A stretch of DNA of 62,506 bases, filler included, from an uncultured bacterium (lineage in GTDB: Bacteria > CAYJOG01), in NCBI GenBank assembly GCA_964371695.1. It is 9 parts of 9 records of this genome, joined end to end, with 100 filler letters (N's around TTAATTAATTAA, not from the genome) between each part and the next. Parts side by side here need not be neighbours in the genome. Positions count along the whole stretch, not along the records: positions 55,700 to 62,506 come from CAYJOG010000160.1; 8 more parts are not named here. One strand, given 5' to 3'. Of this stretch, positions 56,820 through 62,506 are shown in pieces. Made by a program: the position numbers and the translations under genes. The notes under the pieces were generated by a model that was given only the letters and a program-made list of their open reading frames with translations, was not told the DNA's origin and did no database searches. The number at the start of each line of letters is the position of its first letter. Position 1 is the stretch's first letter.

Positions 56820-56903
56820 ATGGACCTTTGGCTTGCCGCCATCACCACACTCGGCCTGTTGGGTTATCTCACCGCAGCGCTTATCCGGCCTGAGCGGTTT
56901 TAA
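56820..56903 (+). CDS. kdpF: K+-transporting ATPase subunit F
   Basis: Not in the ORF track. MDLWLAAITTLGLLGYLTAALIRPERF has the canonical YL..AL..PE.F ending and an AAGGAGG RBS. Confidence 0.92.
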   Translation: MDLWLAAITTLGLLGYLTAALIRPERF

Positions 56904-56910
56904 AAACATC

Positions 56911-57027
56911 ATGTCACCGGAATTTTTCAGGACACTGGTCATTATGCTGATAACTTTTACCGCCATTGGGCTGTTGGGGTACTTGCTCCCCATTCTCTTT
57001 GGCAAAAAGGGAGGGAAAAACCAGTGA
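56911..57027 (+). CDS. second small hydrophobic peptide in the kdp operon
   Basis: [38 protein letters not shown]; stop overlaps the kdpA GTG. Confidence 0.6.
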   Translation: MSPEFFRTLVIMLITFTAIGLLGYLLPILFGKKGGKNQ

Positions 57028-58715
57028 GTCAATTGGAGGTTTTTCAGATTTTTTTATACCTCGGTCTGCTGGTGGCCCTGACCCCTGTTGTCGGGGATTT
57101 CATGGCCAGGGTTTTTGCGGGCGAAAAACACCTGCTCAGCCCCGTGCTGGGGCCTCTGGAAAAAGGGTCTTATCGGCTGATGGGTGTTTCGCCGGATACG
57201 GAAATGACGTGGAAGTCCTATGCCGGTGCGTTGCTGGGGTTCAACTTTCTGGGGCTGCTGGTGGTGTTTTTGTTGCAGGTGGCCCAGGGGGCCTTGCCGC
57301 TGAACCCCCAGGGCCTGCCGGGCGTGCCCTGGCATCTGGCGCTCAACACCGCCATCAGTTTCATGACCAACACCAACTGGCAAAGTTACGCCGGTGAAAC
57401 CACACTGAGTCATCTCACCCAGATGGCCGGTCTGACGGTGCAGAACTTTGTGAGCGCCGCCACGGGCATTGCGGTGTTGCTGGCGCTTGCGCGGGGACTG
57501 GGCCGCAAACAGTCCGACCACATCGGCAACTTCTGGGCCGACCTGACCCGCGGCGTGGTTTACATCTTTCTGCCCATTTCCATTCTCACGGCCATTTTTC
57601 TGGTGAGCCAGGGCGTGGTGCAGAACTTCTCCCCCTACGAAGCCATCAAAACGCTGGAGGGCAAAGACCAGCTCATTGGCCTTGGCCCGGCGGCCAGTCA
57701 GGTGGCCATCAAGCAACTGGGCAGCAACGGCGGCGGTTTTTTCAACGCCAACAGCGCTTTCCCCCTTGAAAACCCCACGGCGCTGAGCAACTTCGTGGAA
57801 ATGTTTTTTCTGCTGGGCATGGCGGCGGCGCTCACCCGCACCTATGGCTGCATCGTGGGGCAGAAAAAACAGGGGGCTGTGCTGTTCTGGGCCATGATGT
57901 TCATGTTTGTCGGCGGCCTGGGGCTTTCGCTTTATTCAGAGTTTTCGGGCAATCCGCTTTATGGGGGCTTGATTCCCATGGAGGGCAAGGAAGTGCGCCT
58001 GGGCCACGCCAACAGTGTGCTCTGGTCTGTGGCCACCACCGCCGCCAGCAACGGCTCCATCAATGCGCTGCATTCCAGCCTGTCGCCCCTTTCCGGCATG
58101 GTGACCCTGTTGAACATTCAACTGGGCGAAGTGATTTTTGGCGGTGTGGGCGCGGGGCTTTATGGCATGCTCATGTTTGTTGTGCTCAGCGTGTTCATCG
58201 CGGGCCTCATGGTGGGGCGCACGCCGGAGTATCTGGGCAAAAAAGTGGAGGCTGCCGAAGTGAAAATGGCCGTGCTGGCCATTCTTTTGCCCAGCGCCTG
58301 CATTTTGCTGTTCACAGCCCTGGCGGCGGTGCTGCCCCTTGGCCTCGGCAGCCGGGCCAACACCGGCCCCCACGGTCTCAGCGAAATGCTTTATGCCTAT
58401 TCCAGCGCGGCGGGCAACAACGGCAGTGCGTTTGCCGGCCTGAACGCCAACACGATTTATTACAACCTCACCCTGGGATTCTCCATGCTGGTGGGGCGGT
58501 TTGGCGTCATCCTGCCTGTCCTGGCCCTCGCGGGCAGCATGGCCCGCAAAAAAGTGTCACCGCCTTCTTCGGGCACATTCCCCACCGATGGCCCGCTGTT
58601 TGCGGTGTTGCTGGTTGGCGTGGTGATGCTGGTGGGGGCGCTCACCTTTTTGCCGGTTCTTTCGCTGGGCCCCGTTGTCGAACACCTGTTCCTGCTTCAG
58701 GGCAGAAGTTTTTAG
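57024..58715 (+). CDS. kdpA: K+-transporting ATPase subunit A
   Basis: '[11 protein letters not shown]', '[12 protein letters not shown]', '[14 protein letters not shown]' and 'NNGSAFAG'. Confidence 0.97.
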   Translation: MSQLEVFQIFLYLGLLVALTPVVGDFMARVFAGEKHLLSPVLGPLEKGSYRLMGVSPDTEMTWKSYAGALLGFNFLGLLVVFLLQVAQGALPLNPQGLPGVPWHLALNTAISFMTNTNWQSYAGETTLSHLTQMAGLTVQNFVSAATGIAVLLALARGLGRKQSDHIGNFWADLTRGVVYIFLPISILTAIFLVSQGVVQNFSPYEAIKTLEGKDQLIGLGPAASQVAIKQLGSNGGGFFNANSAFPLENPTALSNFVEMFFLLGMAAALTRTYGCIVGQKKQGAVLFWAMMFMFVGGLGLSLYSEFSGNPLYGGLIPMEGKEVRLGHANSVLWSVATTAASNGSINALHSSLSPLSGMVTLLNIQLGEVIFGGVGAGLYGMLMFVVLSVFIAGLMVGRTPEYLGKKVEAAEVKMAVLAILLPSACILLFTALAAVLPLGLGSRANTGPHGLSEMLYAYSSAAGNNGSAFAGLNANTIYYNLTLGFSMLVGRFGVILPVLALAGSMARKKVSPPSSGTFPTDGPLFAVLLVGVVMLVGALTFLPVLSLGPVVEHLFLLQGRSF

Positions 58716-58740
58716 CGCAGTTCCATTCCAGGAGAACCCC

Positions 58741-60819
<2,079 letters not shown>

Positions 60820-60851
60820 CGGCGTAACACGCTGCTAAAAGGAGCAAAAAA

Positions 60852-61433
60852 ATGAACATGAAACATCTCACCACTTCACTTCGGGCCATGGTGGTCTTTA
60901 CCCTGCTCACCGGTCTGGCCTATCCGCTGCTGGTCACCGGTGTGGCCCAGGTGGTGTTTCCCCATCAGGCAGCAGGCAGCTTTGTGAAAAAAGGAAAAAA
61001 GGTGACCGGCTCAGTGTTGGTGGGTCAGGAATTCACCGGCCCCAAACACTTCTGGGGCCGCCCCTCGGCCATTGCGCACAATCCTCAACCCTCTGGCGGC
61101 AGCAACCTTGGCCCCGCCAGCAAGGCGCTCACCGAAACAGTGCAGCAACGGGCTGCTGATCTGCGCCAAGCCCACGGGCTTGGCGCCAAAGCCCGCGTTC
61201 CCGTTGACCTGATTTTTGCCTCAGCCAGCGGCGTGGACCCCCACATCAGCCCGTCGGCGGCGCGGTTTCAGGTAAACCGCGTGGCCCAGGCCTGGGGACT
61301 GGACAGTGCCGGAAAAAAGAAGCTCAATAAACTGGTGAACGAATCGGTGCAGGGGCCGGAACTGGGGCTGTTTGGTGATCCCAGGGTGAACGTGCTGATG
61401 CTGAACCTGGCGGTGGAGGAAGCCTTTCGTTGA
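60852..61433 (+). CDS. kdpC: K+-transporting ATPase subunit C
   Basis: 'YPLLVTG', 'SGGSNLGP', 'SASGVDPHISP' and 'VNVLMLNLA'. Confidence 0.96.
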   Translation: MNMKHLTTSLRAMVVFTLLTGLAYPLLVTGVAQVVFPHQAAGSFVKKGKKVTGSVLVGQEFTGPKHFWGRPSAIAHNPQPSGGSNLGPASKALTETVQQRAADLRQAHGLGAKARVPVDLIFASASGVDPHISPSAARFQVNRVAQAWGLDSAGKKKLNKLVNESVQGPELGLFGDPRVNVLMLNLAVEEAFR

Positions 61434-62506
61434 ACCCACCAGAAGACCAAAGGCCAGACCCCGAAGCCCTGCTTCATCGCATGCAGGAGGAAGAAAGCCG
61501 TCAAGGCAAGGGCAAGCTGAGGTTGTTCCTGGGCATGTGCGCCGGTGTGGGGAAAACCTATGCCATGTTGCAAAGCGCTCATGAGCGCCTGGCCCAGGGT
61601 GTGGACGTGGTGGTGGGGTTGGTGGAAACCCACGGCCGCAAAGAAACCGAAGCCCTGGTGGAGGGGCTGGCGGTGTTGCCCCGAAGACAGGTGGACTACC
61701 GGGGTGTGGAACTGAGTGAAATGGACCTGGACGGGATTCTGCTGCGCCACCCCGCCCTGGTGCTGGTGGATGAACTGGCCCACACCAACATCCCCGGCAG
61801 CCGTCACCCCAAACGCTGGCAGGATGTCCTGGAAATTCTGGAGGCGGGCATTGACGTTTACGCCACGCTGAACGTGCAGCACTTTGAAAGCCGGTCAGAT
61901 CTGGTGTCGGAAATCACCGGCGCACCGGTGAGAGAAACCGTGCCTGATCACATCCTGGAGCGGGCAGAAGAAGTGAAACTGGTGGATATTCCGCCAGAGG
62001 AGCTTCAGAAACGCCTTCAGGAGGGCAAGGTGTATCTGGGCGAACGGGCGGGCCGCGCCCAGGAAAACTTTTTCAAACTTCCCAACCTGACGGCCCTGCG
62101 CGAAATATCCCTGCGCCTCACCGCCGAGCGGGTGGAACACGAACTCACCAGCCTGCTGGAAATCGGCAGCAAAACCGCCAAAGGTGCGGCCCGCCTGCTG
62201 GTGGCCGTGAGCCCCAGCCCGTGGTCGGCCCGGCTTATCCGCTGGACCCGCCGCGTGGCCTACAACATGGAGGCCCGGTGGTTTGCCGTGTATGTGGATT
62301 CCGGGACACCCCTTTCACCCAAAGACGCCAGCAGGCTGGAAGCCAATCTTGCCCTGGCCAAGGAACTGGGGGCGGAAGTCATCTCGGTGCAGGACGACGA
62401 CGTGCCCGGCGCGCTGGTGCGCACGGCGCGGCGCAATCACGTGAGCCAGATCGTGATTGGCAAGCCCAGGGAAAATTACTGGCGGGATCTGCTCAGGGGT
62501 GGTTCG
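61430..62506 (+). CDS. kdpD: sensor histidine kinase KdpD (3' truncated at window end)
   Basis: Manual translation from TTG 61430: MNPPEDQRPDPEALL...GKLRLFLGMCAGVGKTYAML, 'VETHGR', 'DELAHTN' and 'KRWQDV', followed by a USP domain. Confidence 0.95.
   Translation, partial: MNPPEDQRPDPEALLHRMQEEESRQGKGKLRLFLGMCAGVGKTYAMLQSAHERLAQGVDVVVGLVETHGRKETEALVEGLAVLPRRQVDYRGVELSEMDLDGILLRHPALVLVDELAHTNIPGSRHPKRWQDVLEILEAGIDVYATLNVQHFESRSDLVSEITGAPVRETVPDHILERAEEVKLVDIPPEELQKRLQEGKVYLGERAGRAQENFFKLPNLTALREISLRLTAERVEHELTSLLEIGSKTAKGAARLLVAVSPSPWSARLIRWTRRVAYNMEARWFAVYVDSGTPLSPKDASRLEANLALAKELGAEVISVQDDDVPGALVRTARRNHVSQIVIGKPRENYWRDLLRGGS

Overview
The window is not one locus. It is nine contigs of 6.8-6.9 kb in decreasing length order, joined by 100-bp N/TTAATTAATTAA linkers, so gene adjacency across a linker means nothing. 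The contigs are GC-rich and share repeat families, which suggests one genome. Gene content (DUF3084, YtxH/DUF948, SMC, type-2 IleRS, a KpsF-like protein, Ccm system I, a beta-barrel protein) points to a diderm bacterium, perhaps from a poorly characterised Terrabacteria-related lineage (inference). Housekeeping content: sucA, rhlE, rimP-nusA, asnB, ccmCDE, tRNA-Gln/tRNA-Glu, an Fe/Mn SOD, smc, a peptide ABC transporter, pyk, ileS, gltX, part of the dcw cluster (rsmH-ftsL-ftsI-murE-murF-mraY-murD) and kdpFABCD. The most notable non-housekeeping signal is two DUF559 endonuclease genes on different contigs, each next to boxC-like CCCCTC(A/T)CCC-[covarying hairpin]-CCCTCTCCC/GGGAGAGGG repeats. One gene is framed by an inverted pair and a solo copy lies elsewhere, which resembles a nuclease-plus-palindrome selfish system. 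Other signals: GTAG-type REPs and three MITE-like elements, two HEPN-motif genes, tandem chemoreceptor-like genes truncated at the same codon, two apparent pseudo-enzymes, a second small membrane peptide in the kdp operon, and a switch-like structured leader in the usp-kdp intergenic region.
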